Source: Poseidonia sp. (lineage in GTDB: Archaea > Thermoplasmatota > Poseidoniia > Poseidoniales > Poseidoniaceae). From it: a DNA stretch of 64,000 bases. The notes under the pieces were generated by a model. The model ran no database searches and was not told the origin of the DNA. It was given only the letters and a program-made list of their open reading frames with translations. The stretch lies in assembly GCA_016779705.1 (NCBI GenBank), contig JADHNB010000002.1:1017-65016 (forward strand), in the 5' to 3' direction. The stretch's first letter is position 1; each line of letters opens with the position of its first letter. The position numbers were made by a program, and so were the translations under genes. Below are positions 18,856 to 27,496 of the stretch, one piece after another.

Positions 18856-20457
18856 ATGAGCGAAGTCCCCATTCTCAAGGAGACGACACGCTCAACCGGT
18901 CGCGAGGCGCTTCGCAACAACATCACGGCGGCCATGGCCTTAGCGGGCGCTGTGCGAACCACCCTCGGTCCGTTGGGCCAGGACAAGCTGCTCATCGATG
19001 ACGAGGGTCGAACCCTGGTCACCAACGACGGCGTCACGGTTCTGGAATCGGCCAAGGTTGAGCATCCGGTGGCCAAAATGCTCATCAACGCCTCCACGAC
19101 TCAAGACCGCATCGCCCGCGACGGCACCACGAGTGCCGTCCTGCTTTCGGCCGAGTTGTTGCAAAACGCCTGGGAATTGGTGCTTCAGGGCGTCCATCCA
19201 TCCGCCATTGCTCGCGGGTATCGCTTGGCAGAAGACGCTTGCAGGGCGCATTTTGACCAACTCGTTATCGACGCCACGCCCGAGCGGCAGCGGCACGCGG
19301 CCAGGACCTCACTCGCCGGAAAAATCCACGAAACCATGCAACACCACTTGGCCGAATTGGCCCTAGAAGCCGCCCAAGCGATTCAGGAAGAACGCCCCAG
19401 CGGTGTGGTCGTTGACCCGACACGGGTCAAGATCCTGACACAAACGGGCGGTTCCATGACGGACTCCCGTTTGGTGACGGGCTTGGTGTTGGCCAAAAAG
19501 CGTGTCATCGACAGCATGCCCAAGCATCTCAAATCCGGAAAAATCGCCTTGGTTGACGGCGGTCTTGAGCGCCGAGAATTGATGAGCAGCGTCAAATTGA
19601 ACGTCACCAACACCGGTGTGTTGGAACAATTCCGCCAGCAAGAGAAAGCGATGCTGCTCGAACAAGTGGACCATCTGGTCTCGTTGGGCGTGACCTTGCT
19701 GGCGTGCAAGGAAGGCATCGACGATGACCTGCACGGGGCGCTCAGCGACGCCGGCATCCAAGCCTACCGAAGGGTGGCACGTGCCGACCTCGACTTGCTG
19801 GCACGGGGGACCAACGCCACCCTGAACCACGACATCGGCGGCCTGACCAAGCGCGATCTCGGGGTGTTCATCAGCAGTCGAAACGAACGATGGAACGGCG
19901 TGATGCACTGGATCGTCGAGACCGAAGAAGGCGGTGCAACGTTCATCGCCAAAGGCTCAACCAATGAAACGGTCGGCGAAGTGGTACGGTGTTTTGCCGA
20001 CGCCTTGGGCGTTGCCTGCCAACTCCTGGAGGAACCCTCGCTGCTACCCGGCGGGGGTGCTACTCAAATTGCCCTGGCGCGGCATCTTCGGCGATTTGCC
20101 GAGGGCTTCGCCGGGCGAGAACAATTGGCCATCGAGGCCTTTGCCGATGCGTTGGAAGTCATTCCTCGCGTGCTGGCCCAGAACGCCGGATTGGACCCCC
20201 TGGATTCCCTGCTTCAAACGGTCGCCCAGCAAAGCACCGCCGAAGACGGGCAAGGCCACTTCATCGGGATGAACATCGTTGAGAAAGGACCCGCCAACAT
20301 GGTGGAGAAAGGCATTGTTGAGCCGCTTCGCATCACGCGACAAGTCCTTGCCGGAGCCACCGAAGCGGCCCTCTCGGTGCTGCGGATTGACGACGTGCTC
20401 TGGGCCAAGCAAGACCCGACCGTTCCCGACATGCCCGAGAGCGATGACGAGAGCTGA
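18856..20457 (+). CDS. ths: Thermosome / group II chaperonin subunit (divergent)
   Basis: LGPLGQDKLL, VTNDGVTVL, DGTTSAVLLSAELL and LPGGGATQIALA. I chose the start at ATG 18856 (MSEVPILKE). Confidence 0.85.
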   Translation: MSEVPILKETTRSTGREALRNNITAAMALAGAVRTTLGPLGQDKLLIDDEGRTLVTNDGVTVLESAKVEHPVAKMLINASTTQDRIARDGTTSAVLLSAELLQNAWELVLQGVHPSAIARGYRLAEDACRAHFDQLVIDATPERQRHAARTSLAGKIHETMQHHLAELALEAAQAIQEERPSGVVVDPTRVKILTQTGGSMTDSRLVTGLVLAKKRVIDSMPKHLKSGKIALVDGGLERRELMSSVKLNVTNTGVLEQFRQQEKAMLLEQVDHLVSLGVTLLACKEGIDDDLHGALSDAGIQAYRRVARADLDLLARGTNATLNHDIGGLTKRDLGVFISSRNERWNGVMHWIVETEEGGATFIAKGSTNETVGEVVRCFADALGVACQLLEEPSLLPGGGATQIALARHLRRFAEGFAGREQLAIEAFADALEVIPRVLAQNAGLDPLDSLLQTVAQQSTAEDGQGHFIGMNIVEKGPANMVEKGIVEPLRITRQVLAGATEAALSVLRIDDVLWAKQDPTVPDMPESDDES

Positions 20458-20472
20458 GGAGAGGGGACCCTC

Positions 20473-20482
20473 TGATTCAATT
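20473..20482 (+). repeat. Left copy of 10-bp direct repeat TGATTCAATT
   Basis: Exact match to 21397..21406. It sits at the left GC-content break. Confidence 0.5.
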
Positions 20483-20494
20483 CCATTTGAAAAA

Positions 20495-21310
20495 TCATTG
20501 AGCCCAATTGTCCATGCCTTTTTTCACAACTAGAGTTCGAGCGATGAGATCTTGGTTTGTTTGCTTATGGTCCGTCCATAGTTGTGCTAAATATCCGAAT
20601 CCAACGGTAAGAAGTATCAAAAAAATCAAACCATGTCGTTTGAGTGCCTGCTTCCTTGAAATTCTGTTTCCATCGTAGTCCGTAATAATCAACCCGAAGA
20701 TGCGTTTTCCTGGTGTTGCTTGCCATGATGAGGCGTTAAACAGAACAGGGTAAAATAGGCCAACCATGAGGAAAACCGCACCGAAAGAAATCCCAACGAG
20801 ACCCCCGAGTATACTTAGGATACTTATCAGCGATACATCGATCAAAAGAGCAGAGGTTCGTTGTACAAATCCTGCAAACCGTTCTCTTTCTTCACGAGAC
20901 CCCCCCACTCCCTTGTATACCATTTTATTTGGATATCCGAATTCATTGGCACCAAATTGGGTTCTTATCTTTCGTTCATGTGCTCGATTGTTTATTTCGT
21001 CCCAATCGATTTCAATACTTCCTTCTGAATATGAAACGATGCAATGTTGTACGAAACCGGAAAAATTAGGCATGGCTTTTGTGATGTCATTGAGTGTTTC
21101 GTCAATGGAAATTGTTTTCCTTTCTTTGGCCCCACTATCACCGTTACCCATCTTTGATTGATTGTTGATTTGCTCCCAATCAATTTCGATCTTTCCTTCT
21201 GAAAAATCGACGATGCAATGCTGTACGAAACCAGAAAAATTCGACATTTCTTTGGCGATATCATTTATGCTTGAATCAACAGAAATCGTCTTGTTTACCT
21301 TTTGGCTCAT
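20495..21310 (-). CDS. RDD-family membrane protein with an N-terminal tandem duplicated ~58-aa module (RHH-like)
   Basis: C-terminal half: FAGFVQRTSALLIDVSLISIL..ATPGKRIFGLIITDYDGNRIS..RTL, which is RDD-like with 3 TM helices. N-terminal half has two copies of KTIS(V/I)D..(I/L)NDI(A/T)K(E/A)M(S/P)NFSGFVQHCIV.(F/Y)SEG.IEIDW.(Q/E)INN. I chose the start at ATG 21310; the track start is 21379. Confidence 0.7.
   Translation of the reverse strand: MSQKVNKTISVDSSINDIAKEMSNFSGFVQHCIVDFSEGKIEIDWEQINNQSKMGNGDSGAKERKTISIDETLNDITKAMPNFSGFVQHCIVSYSEGSIEIDWDEINNRAHERKIRTQFGANEFGYPNKMVYKGVGGSREERERFAGFVQRTSALLIDVSLISILSILGGLVGISFGAVFLMVGLFYPVLFNASSWQATPGKRIFGLIITDYDGNRISRKQALKRHGLIFLILLTVGFGYLAQLWTDHKQTNQDLIARTLVVKKGMDNWAQ
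21001..21294 (-). repeat. Intragenic tandem duplication, period 174 bp (2 copies of ~120 bp)
   Basis: 21001..21120 and 21175..21294 align without gaps over most positions (e.g. cccaatc.atttc.at..ttccttctgaa.a....acgatgcaatg.tgtacgaaacc.gaaaaatt). Confidence 0.8.
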
Positions 21311-21396
21311 GATTTGCCATTGGGGAGTGATAATTAAGCATGGTTGCGTATGTATGGACGTAAGTATTGCAAATTTCATGTTGTCAAATCAACCGT

Positions 21397-21406
21397 TGAT
21401 TCAATT
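21397..21406 (+). repeat. Right copy of 10-bp direct repeat TGATTCAATT
   Basis: Exact match to 20473..20482. It overlaps the palindrome ATCAAC-C-GTTGAT (21388..21400). Confidence 0.5.
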
Positions 21407-21524
21407 GGTATTCTAACGAATCATAGGGTCAATGCACAAACCCACTGATTCGTTTTGTCCTCATCAGAGGGCTCGCAGTGGGCTTTGTCATAGCCTACCG
21501 TATGATGCGGACCAGAACGATCGT

Positions 21525-22583
21525 TCAGGCATCGAAATCCAGAACCACTTTCCCACAATCACCCGACATGGCCAACTGAACGGCGGACTCGAAGTCGGAA
21601 ACGGGAAGACGATGGGTCAGAACCTTGTCCACGTCGATGAGCCCTCGCTCCAACAGGTCGTGCATCGTGTCCCACGTTGACCACATCTTGCGTCCGTTGA
21701 TGCCTTTGAGGTGGAGATAGCGAAACACCACCTCGTTCATCGGCACGCTTGGCATGGATTGGCCGTAGACCGAGAGGACGTTGACGTAACCGCCCATGCG
21801 GGTGGAGTAAATCGTGTTGGCCAGGGCCGCTGCCGAGCCGGAGAACTCGCAGCTGTTGTCCACCCCGCGCCCTCCCGTGGCTTCAAGGATGGCCGCAACG
21901 ACATCGTCGCCTTTCCCGAGCACCAAATCCGCTCCAAGTTCAGCGGCCAACGCCATCCTGTACCGGTTGTCCCAATCCACGGCGATGACTTTGGTCGCGC
22001 CCATGGCCTTCGCCGCGTTGACGGCGAACAGCCCGATGGGCCCCAACCCGTGAACGGCCACGGTGGCGCCCTCCACGGGTCCACCCGTCAAGGTGTGAAT
22101 GGCGTTGCCAAGCGGGTCTTGAATCGAAGCGTGTCCGGGGTCCAATCCTTCGGGGACGTGACGCGCGTTGACGGCGGGAACGACGAAGTAGGGGGCGAAG
22201 GCGCCGTGACCGTGCACTCCGAAGATGGAGCCGTTCTCGCAGATGTGAGCGTTCCCTTCGTCGCAGCGGGGGCAGGCCCAGCACGCAAGGTGACACTCAA
22301 CGGCGATGTGGTCACCGATTTGGTGAGATTCAACGCCCTCGCCAAGGCCAACGACGAGCCCGCTGGTTTCGTGACCCGTGATGGTGCCCAAGGGAACGTT
22401 GTCACGGCTCCACTCGTCCCATTTCCAGATGTGGATGTCCGTACCGCAAATGGACGTGGATTGGGCTTTCACCAACACTTCGCCCGGCCCGGGGGAAGGA
22501 ACAGGATGTTCTTCAAGGGAGAAACCCCCTTCCTCGTCCCGAGTTTTGGTCCATGCAGCCATGGTTGCTGGAACGGATTGCAT
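21525..22583 (-). CDS. tdh: L-threonine 3-dehydrogenase (Zn-dependent MDR family)
   Basis: ICGTDIHIWKWDEW, GHETSG, structural Zn site CWACPRCDEGNAHIC, and GLGPIG. Confidence 0.8.
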   Translation of the reverse strand: MQSVPATMAAWTKTRDEEGGFSLEEHPVPSPGPGEVLVKAQSTSICGTDIHIWKWDEWSRDNVPLGTITGHETSGLVVGLGEGVESHQIGDHIAVECHLACWACPRCDEGNAHICENGSIFGVHGHGAFAPYFVVPAVNARHVPEGLDPGHASIQDPLGNAIHTLTGGPVEGATVAVHGLGPIGLFAVNAAKAMGATKVIAVDWDNRYRMALAAELGADLVLGKGDDVVAAILEATGGRGVDNSCEFSGSAAALANTIYSTRMGGYVNVLSVYGQSMPSVPMNEVVFRYLHLKGINGRKMWSTWDTMHDLLERGLIDVDKVLTHRLPVSDFESAVQLAMSGDCGKVVLDFDA

Positions 22584-22729
22584 GGGGGCCCTCGGTTCGC
22601 TTTTGCATCGGACACCTTTTCATCCTTCGCTCACCATGTCCTCTCCTAAGGTGACGGGAACGTCCGGCGATTCTGGTTCGGTATGTTGATTAGGGAGGCG
22701 CGACGGCCTCAAAGCCCGTTGATGGTACA

Positions 22730-24355
22730 ATGAAGTACGTCGTGGTCAGCGGGGGCGTTTTGTCAGGTCTTGGAAAAGGCGTGACCGCAAGCAGCATCGG
22801 CGTCCTGCTCAAGAGCGCTGGCCTGCGCGTGACCTCCATCAAAATCGACCCCTACCTCAACAGCGATGCGGGTACCATGTCACCGTTTGAACACGGCGAG
22901 GTCTTCGTGCTCGACGACGGGGGCGAGGTTGACCTGGACTTGGGCAACTACGAGCGATTTCTCGACATCAACCTCTCCAAGGACAACAACCTCACCACGG
23001 GCAAAATCTACGCGAAGGTCATCGAGGCCGAACGCCGCGGCGATTACTTGGGCAAGACGGTCCAAGTCATCCCTCACATCACGGATGCGGTGCAAGATTG
23101 GATCGAAGACGTGGCCTCTCGGCCCGCCGATGGCAGCGGTGAAACGCCCGACGCCTGCATCATTGAGTTGGGCGGCACCGTCGGCGACATCGAATCGGCA
23201 CCGTACGTCGAAGCACTGCGTCAATTCCAGTTCCGGGTTGGCCGTGAAAACGTCACGTTCGTCCATGTCTCCCTCGTCCCCGTGATGGGCCCGGTGGGCG
23301 AACAGAAGACCAAACCCACGCAGCACACCGTCAAGGAGTTGCGCGGGCTGGGCATCTCACCTGACATCCTCGTCTGCCGTTCCTCGGCGCCGCTGAACGA
23401 TGAAACACGTGAGAAACTGGCGGCTTTCTGCCACGTCAAACCCCAAGCCGTGATGTCCACCCACGACGTGCCCAACATCTACCACGTGCCGTTGATGCTT
23501 CAGCAACAGGGCTTGTGCGACATCTTGGGCGTTGATTGCAAGGCCACCCCCCTGCTGGAAAAATGGACCACCATGGCCCACCATTTGGACACCTTGACCG
23601 AAGAAGTTCACATCGCCATGGTGGGCAAATACACCGACCTTTCCGATGCCTACCTCTCGGTCATCAAGAGCCTGCAACACGCCGCCATGGCGGTCGACCG
23701 AAAACTCGTCATCGATTGGATTGAAGCCAGTCATTTGGAACCGGATTGGGACGTCGACGAGCGGGAGATTGCGTGGTCCTCGTTGCGCGCCGCCAACGGT
23801 GTGTTGGTGCCCGGAGGGTTTGGTGACCGGGGCATTGAAGGGAAGATCCTGGCCGCTCACTACGCCCGAACCGAGGCGGTACCCTACCTCGGCATCTGCC
23901 TCGGATTGCAAATTGCCACGATTGAATTCTGCCGAAACGTCCTCGGTCTTGTTGGGGCCAATTCCACCGAATTTGAGGACAACCCCGAACACGCTGCGGT
24001 GGTGTTCATGCCTGAAATCTCCAAAACCCACCTTGGTGGAACGATGCGATTGGGCAGCCGACCGACGCTCTGGCAATCGGACGGCTCCAAAATCCGCGCC
24101 CTCTACGGCCCCGGTGAAGCGGTCGATGAACGCCATCGCCATCGCTATGAGGTCAACCCCGACCTCATCGAACGCATCGAAGCCGAAGGGCTGGTCTTCG
24201 TTGGCAAGGACGAATCGGGTCAACGCTGCGAGATTTTCGAACTCAACAATCATCCGTATTACGTCGGCGTGCAGTTCCACCCCGAATTCAAATCGCGTCC
24301 GGGCCGTCCAAGCCCACCGTTCCTCGGCTTGCTCCAAGCGGCGTCAAAACGCTGA
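22730..24355 (+). CDS. pyrG: CTP synthase
   Basis: [30 protein letters not shown], and the GATase block GICLGLQ. Confidence 0.95.
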   Translation: MKYVVVSGGVLSGLGKGVTASSIGVLLKSAGLRVTSIKIDPYLNSDAGTMSPFEHGEVFVLDDGGEVDLDLGNYERFLDINLSKDNNLTTGKIYAKVIEAERRGDYLGKTVQVIPHITDAVQDWIEDVASRPADGSGETPDACIIELGGTVGDIESAPYVEALRQFQFRVGRENVTFVHVSLVPVMGPVGEQKTKPTQHTVKELRGLGISPDILVCRSSAPLNDETREKLAAFCHVKPQAVMSTHDVPNIYHVPLMLQQQGLCDILGVDCKATPLLEKWTTMAHHLDTLTEEVHIAMVGKYTDLSDAYLSVIKSLQHAAMAVDRKLVIDWIEASHLEPDWDVDEREIAWSSLRAANGVLVPGGFGDRGIEGKILAAHYARTEAVPYLGICLGLQIATIEFCRNVLGLVGANSTEFEDNPEHAAVVFMPEISKTHLGGTMRLGSRPTLWQSDGSKIRALYGPGEAVDERHRHRYEVNPDLIERIEAEGLVFVGKDESGQRCEIFELNNHPYYVGVQFHPEFKSRPGRPSPPFLGLLQAASKR

Positions 24356-24388
24356 GGTCCGAACACTTGAGGCCCGTTCGCTGGCCGA

Positions 24389-24934
24389 TCAGTCCACGAT
24401 GGCGTGACCCACGAGCAACAACACGACAGCGGCGATGCTCATCGCCCGTTGCATGTGCAACAAGCGGGCCCCCTTCCTGAACTCACGGGGCGGCCATTTC
24501 CATTGAAGCAGATAGCCGCTGAAGACGAGCACCCACATGAAGACCATGGCCAACCAGAGCGTCCAGTGCCATTCGAGGACATAACCGTGGGCGGTACCGA
24601 CCACCGCTGCGGCCAAGCCAACCCAATTGTGCGCCTTCATGTAGCGGCGATTGAACACCCCGAGGGATTTCTTGAAGGCCCGAGGCTCTTTGTCAAACAG
24701 TTCAGGACCCTTGGCCCGCAGCCACTTGAACAACGGGCGCCAAACGACAATGGAAAGGGTGCCAATCAACAGGATTTGGGCCACTTCACCGGTGGCTTCA
24801 CCCTCCAAACCGAGCAGCGTCGCTTCGTTCTCGTCATCGTCATCGTCGTCATCGCCGTCGGCTGTGGCCAACGGGGAGACCAGCAGGCAGCCCAAGATGA
24901 GCAAAACAAGCCATTGAAGGAAAGCGTTCCGCAT
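24389..24934 (-). CDS. Membrane protein (hypothetical), signal peptide plus poly-Asp tract plus 4 TM with conserved His
   Basis: 181 aa. MRNAFLQWLVLLILGCLLVSPLATADGDDDDDDDENE is followed by helices carrying His residues (AHNWVGL, GTAHGY, LVGHAIV). Confidence 0.5.
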   Translation of the reverse strand: MRNAFLQWLVLLILGCLLVSPLATADGDDDDDDDENEATLLGLEGEATGEVAQILLIGTLSIVVWRPLFKWLRAKGPELFDKEPRAFKKSLGVFNRRYMKAHNWVGLAAAVVGTAHGYVLEWHWTLWLAMVFMWVLVFSGYLLQWKWPPREFRKGARLLHMQRAMSIAAVVLLLVGHAIVD

Positions 24935-24994
24935 GAAAGTTCGTTCGCCACGTCGTCTTTAACGGTCTTGGAAGAAAGCCCCGCCGGCCCGTTT

Positions 24995-25708
24995 TCAGGC
25001 CCCCTCACTGAGCCATCCGCTAACGAGCCCTGGCAGAAGTTCGCCTGCTTTGCCCAGATGCACCTCGTCAAAGGCGTCCAAGTTTTGCGGGGCATCCGCG
25101 TTGACCAGCACGGTGCGAGCACCGCATTTCCTGGCGAGAAGAACCAAGCCAGCTGCGGGGTAGACGTGGCCTGAGCTGCCCACGACGATGAACACATCGC
25201 AGTCCTCCACGGCCTCATAAATGCGTTCCAGTTGCATCGGCATTTCTCCAAACCAAACGATGTCCGGGCGAAGGCGTTGGGGCTCCATGCAGCACGAACA
25301 GGTGAGGAACTCATCGCCCATATCCGAAGCCTCCATGCGATGTTCGGACCGTCCGCTTCCTTCGCAACGCAGCGTTTCCAACCGCCCGTGCATGTGCACC
25401 ACGTCCTCACTCCCTCCTCGTTCGTGGAGGTCGTCGACGTTCTGCGTCACCAACACAAAGTCCTCGACGCCTTGTTGAAGTTCAGCCAAGGCCAGGTGAG
25501 CCGGATTGGGCGCCACCTCGTGGAGTTGGCGACGACGCCCCTGGTAAAATCGCCAAACCAAACCGGGATCGGCGGCCCAGCCTTGCGGGGTGGCGACGTC
25601 TTCCACCCGATGGTTTTCCCACAGCCCATCGTTGTCTCGAAACGTTCGAATCCCCGATTCTGCTGAAATGCCTGCTCCGGTTAACACCACCACTCGTTGT
25701 TGTTTCAT
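24995..25708 (-). CDS. cobB: Sir2-family NAD-dependent protein deacylase
   Basis: VVLTGAGISAESGIRTFR, TQNVDDLHERGG, Zn Cys pairs (LRCEGSG .. LTCSCC), and GSSGHVYPAAG. I chose the start at ATG 25708. Confidence 0.85.
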   Translation of the reverse strand: MKQQRVVVLTGAGISAESGIRTFRDNDGLWENHRVEDVATPQGWAADPGLVWRFYQGRRRQLHEVAPNPAHLALAELQQGVEDFVLVTQNVDDLHERGGSEDVVHMHGRLETLRCEGSGRSEHRMEASDMGDEFLTCSCCMEPQRLRPDIVWFGEMPMQLERIYEAVEDCDVFIVVGSSGHVYPAAGLVLLARKCGARTVLVNADAPQNLDAFDEVHLGKAGELLPGLVSGWLSEGA

Positions 25709-25802
25709 GGAAGTGGCCCCGTGGTGACGGTATTTGAACAAACAAGAAGCACCCATGTTGGCTTTTTTTCACAAAATCGGCCCCGTCTTGGGCGTTGATG
25801 CC

Positions 25803-26984
25803 TCAAACATCGGCCACGCGAAGGAGGCGCGTCGTGCGAAAGCCTTGCAGGATTTTGATGAAGCGCTTTGCTTGAAATTCAGCGTCCAAGGCTTCCTCCC
25901 CGGTGTCAATGCGAACGGCGTCCAAGCCGATGAGTTTCGAAGGCGTCGCCACGCCGAGGATGTTGCTGTGGCCGATGCTGCGCAACACCGAGGGCGAAAG
26001 TTGGAGGTTGCCTCGGCCGATGAGGAAGCCCTGGCCGCCCATCGGGGAGAGCAAGAGAACCAGCGGTCGTTGTTCACCGTTCCCGTCCACATGGCCGGCG
26101 ATGATGTCGAGCAACCCCGCCTCGTTGAGGTCGCTGTGAACCATGGAGCCGTGCTGAACGTCGATGCCAAGCAAGGTCAATTCCAAGCCCAGGTGTTCGC
26201 CCATGCGGCGAAGGGTCCCGCCGCTGCCCCAAACGACCATCAAATCGGGCTCATCCTCCAACAAGGTGGAAACATGGTGCGCCAACGCCTCAATGGTGTC
26301 CTCTTCGCTGACCCGTTCAACCTGTTCCTTGGCTCCTTGCATGAAGCGAGGGGACGAGGGGGTCCAGGCTTCGCCGTACATGCGGACCTTCCATACGCCT
26401 TCTTGGTAGACGTCTTCGTCCAAATCCATCACTTCGGTGATGGCCGTCCTCAAATCGCCCAAAGCGAAGGACAAGGCCACCTCAGCGGCCGCCTTTGGTG
26501 TGGTTGCAAAGCAACCCGAATGCATTTTCACCCCACCCGGCACCCCGATGAGGGCCATGTTTCGAGCGTCCGGACCGAGTGCGTTGAGCGTGTTGACGAT
26601 GTCTCGTGTGGTTCCGTCGCCGCCCGCATAAAGGATGGCCTCAACGTTGGCTTCCACCAAGTCCCTGACCAGTTGAGCCGTGTCCTCGGGATGCGTTTCA
26701 TCCGGCGTGGTACCGAGCCAATGCGTGGCCAACGGGGAGGGGTCGCCATCCACCCACGCCCCGCCCATCCGTCCGGACCAGCCCACCAAGGTGAGGGCAA
26801 CGTTGGAGCGATTGAGCGAGGAGGCCGTGAGGGAGGCCAGATGTTGCAAGCACCGGTTCATCCTTGGGCCGGCCCGATCTTCGGCTCCGGCGGCTCGAGC
26901 CTCTGCAGCCCGTCCGTCACTCCCCTTGAAACCCAACTTGCCACCCAACCCCGCGTCGGGGTTCACCAGCAAGCCGATGCGCAT
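25803..26984 (-). CDS. ATP-NAD kinase-like family protein (COG3199-type)
   Basis: MRIGLLVNPDAGLGG.. and ILYAGGDGTTRDIV (GGDGT). I chose the start at ATG 26984; the track ORF runs to 27497, but the extra 171 aa look non-coding. Confidence 0.65.
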   Translation of the reverse strand: MRIGLLVNPDAGLGGKLGFKGSDGRAAEARAAGAEDRAGPRMNRCLQHLASLTASSLNRSNVALTLVGWSGRMGGAWVDGDPSPLATHWLGTTPDETHPEDTAQLVRDLVEANVEAILYAGGDGTTRDIVNTLNALGPDARNMALIGVPGGVKMHSGCFATTPKAAAEVALSFALGDLRTAITEVMDLDEDVYQEGVWKVRMYGEAWTPSSPRFMQGAKEQVERVSEEDTIEALAHHVSTLLEDEPDLMVVWGSGGTLRRMGEHLGLELTLLGIDVQHGSMVHSDLNEAGLLDIIAGHVDGNGEQRPLVLLLSPMGGQGFLIGRGNLQLSPSVLRSIGHSNILGVATPSKLIGLDAVRIDTGEEALDAEFQAKRFIKILQGFRTTRLLRVADV

Positions 26985-27083
26985 GGTTCGTCCTCGAGTC
27001 ACTTGTTCAAAAAGGCGTGCGCGTGAAAACCGCTTCTTGAGCGTGCAAACCACCCGAGCCTTCTTGAAGAGAACGGCCCATTC

Positions 27084-27416
27084 ATGCCCATGAAAGGGCC
27101 GCCCTCCGATACGCCAAACCTTGACGACGTTCTCGCTCGGGACTTTGCCGAACTGAAGGTGGGCGAGGCCAACCTCGATGTCGAAGCCGAATCGGGTCAA
27201 CCAACAGAACAGGACGTAGCCCCCGACCCAACGACAGCCCCCCTCGTCTACAACCAACGCATTGACGCCGTTGAAGACCGTGAGTCGTTTGGCGTCCGTG
27301 CTCCCACCAGCACCAAGGAACAACCACCGGAAGCCGACGACGCCCCCCCGGCTCCTCCAGCGGTGCTCAAAACACCGACCAGCACCTTGGGCGACGACTT
27401 TGACGTTGACTGGTAG
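27084..27416 (+). CDS. Candidate small acidic, Pro-rich, probably disordered protein
   Basis: 110-aa ORF in an otherwise ~500-bp gap. Third codon positions are dominated by C/G as in neighbouring genes (gac, gcc, ctc, acc). Ends ..LGDDFDVDW. Confidence 0.45.
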   Translation: MPMKGPPSDTPNLDDVLARDFAELKVGEANLDVEAESGQPTEQDVAPDPTTAPLVYNQRIDAVEDRESFGVRAPTSTKEQPPEADDAPPAPPAVLKTPTSTLGDDFDVDW

Positions 27417-27496
27417 ATGCGGTGCTTGGCGAGATTCGGAGCGCGGGATTGATAGCGAGGGTTCAACCCCATGGGGGTTGACGGGATTGGTTGCCA

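Larger units (their letters stand above)
20468..21471. other. Low-GC single-gene insertion between ths and tdh
   Basis: My hand counts on individual 60-nt lines give 35-43% GC inside (lines 20521, 20581, 20641, 21181). The flanking genes give 55-63% (lines 20401, 21541). The segment is bounded by the 10-bp direct repeat TGATTCAATT and a 9-bp inverted pair CCCTCTGAT/ATCAGAGGG. Confidence 0.5.

Noticed and set aside
20461-20476. The small hairpin AGAGGG-GA-CCCTCT just after the thermosome stop, considered as a terminator.
   Set aside because: The stem is only 5-6 bp with a minimal loop. It overlaps the island-boundary repeat, which is the more informative interpretation.
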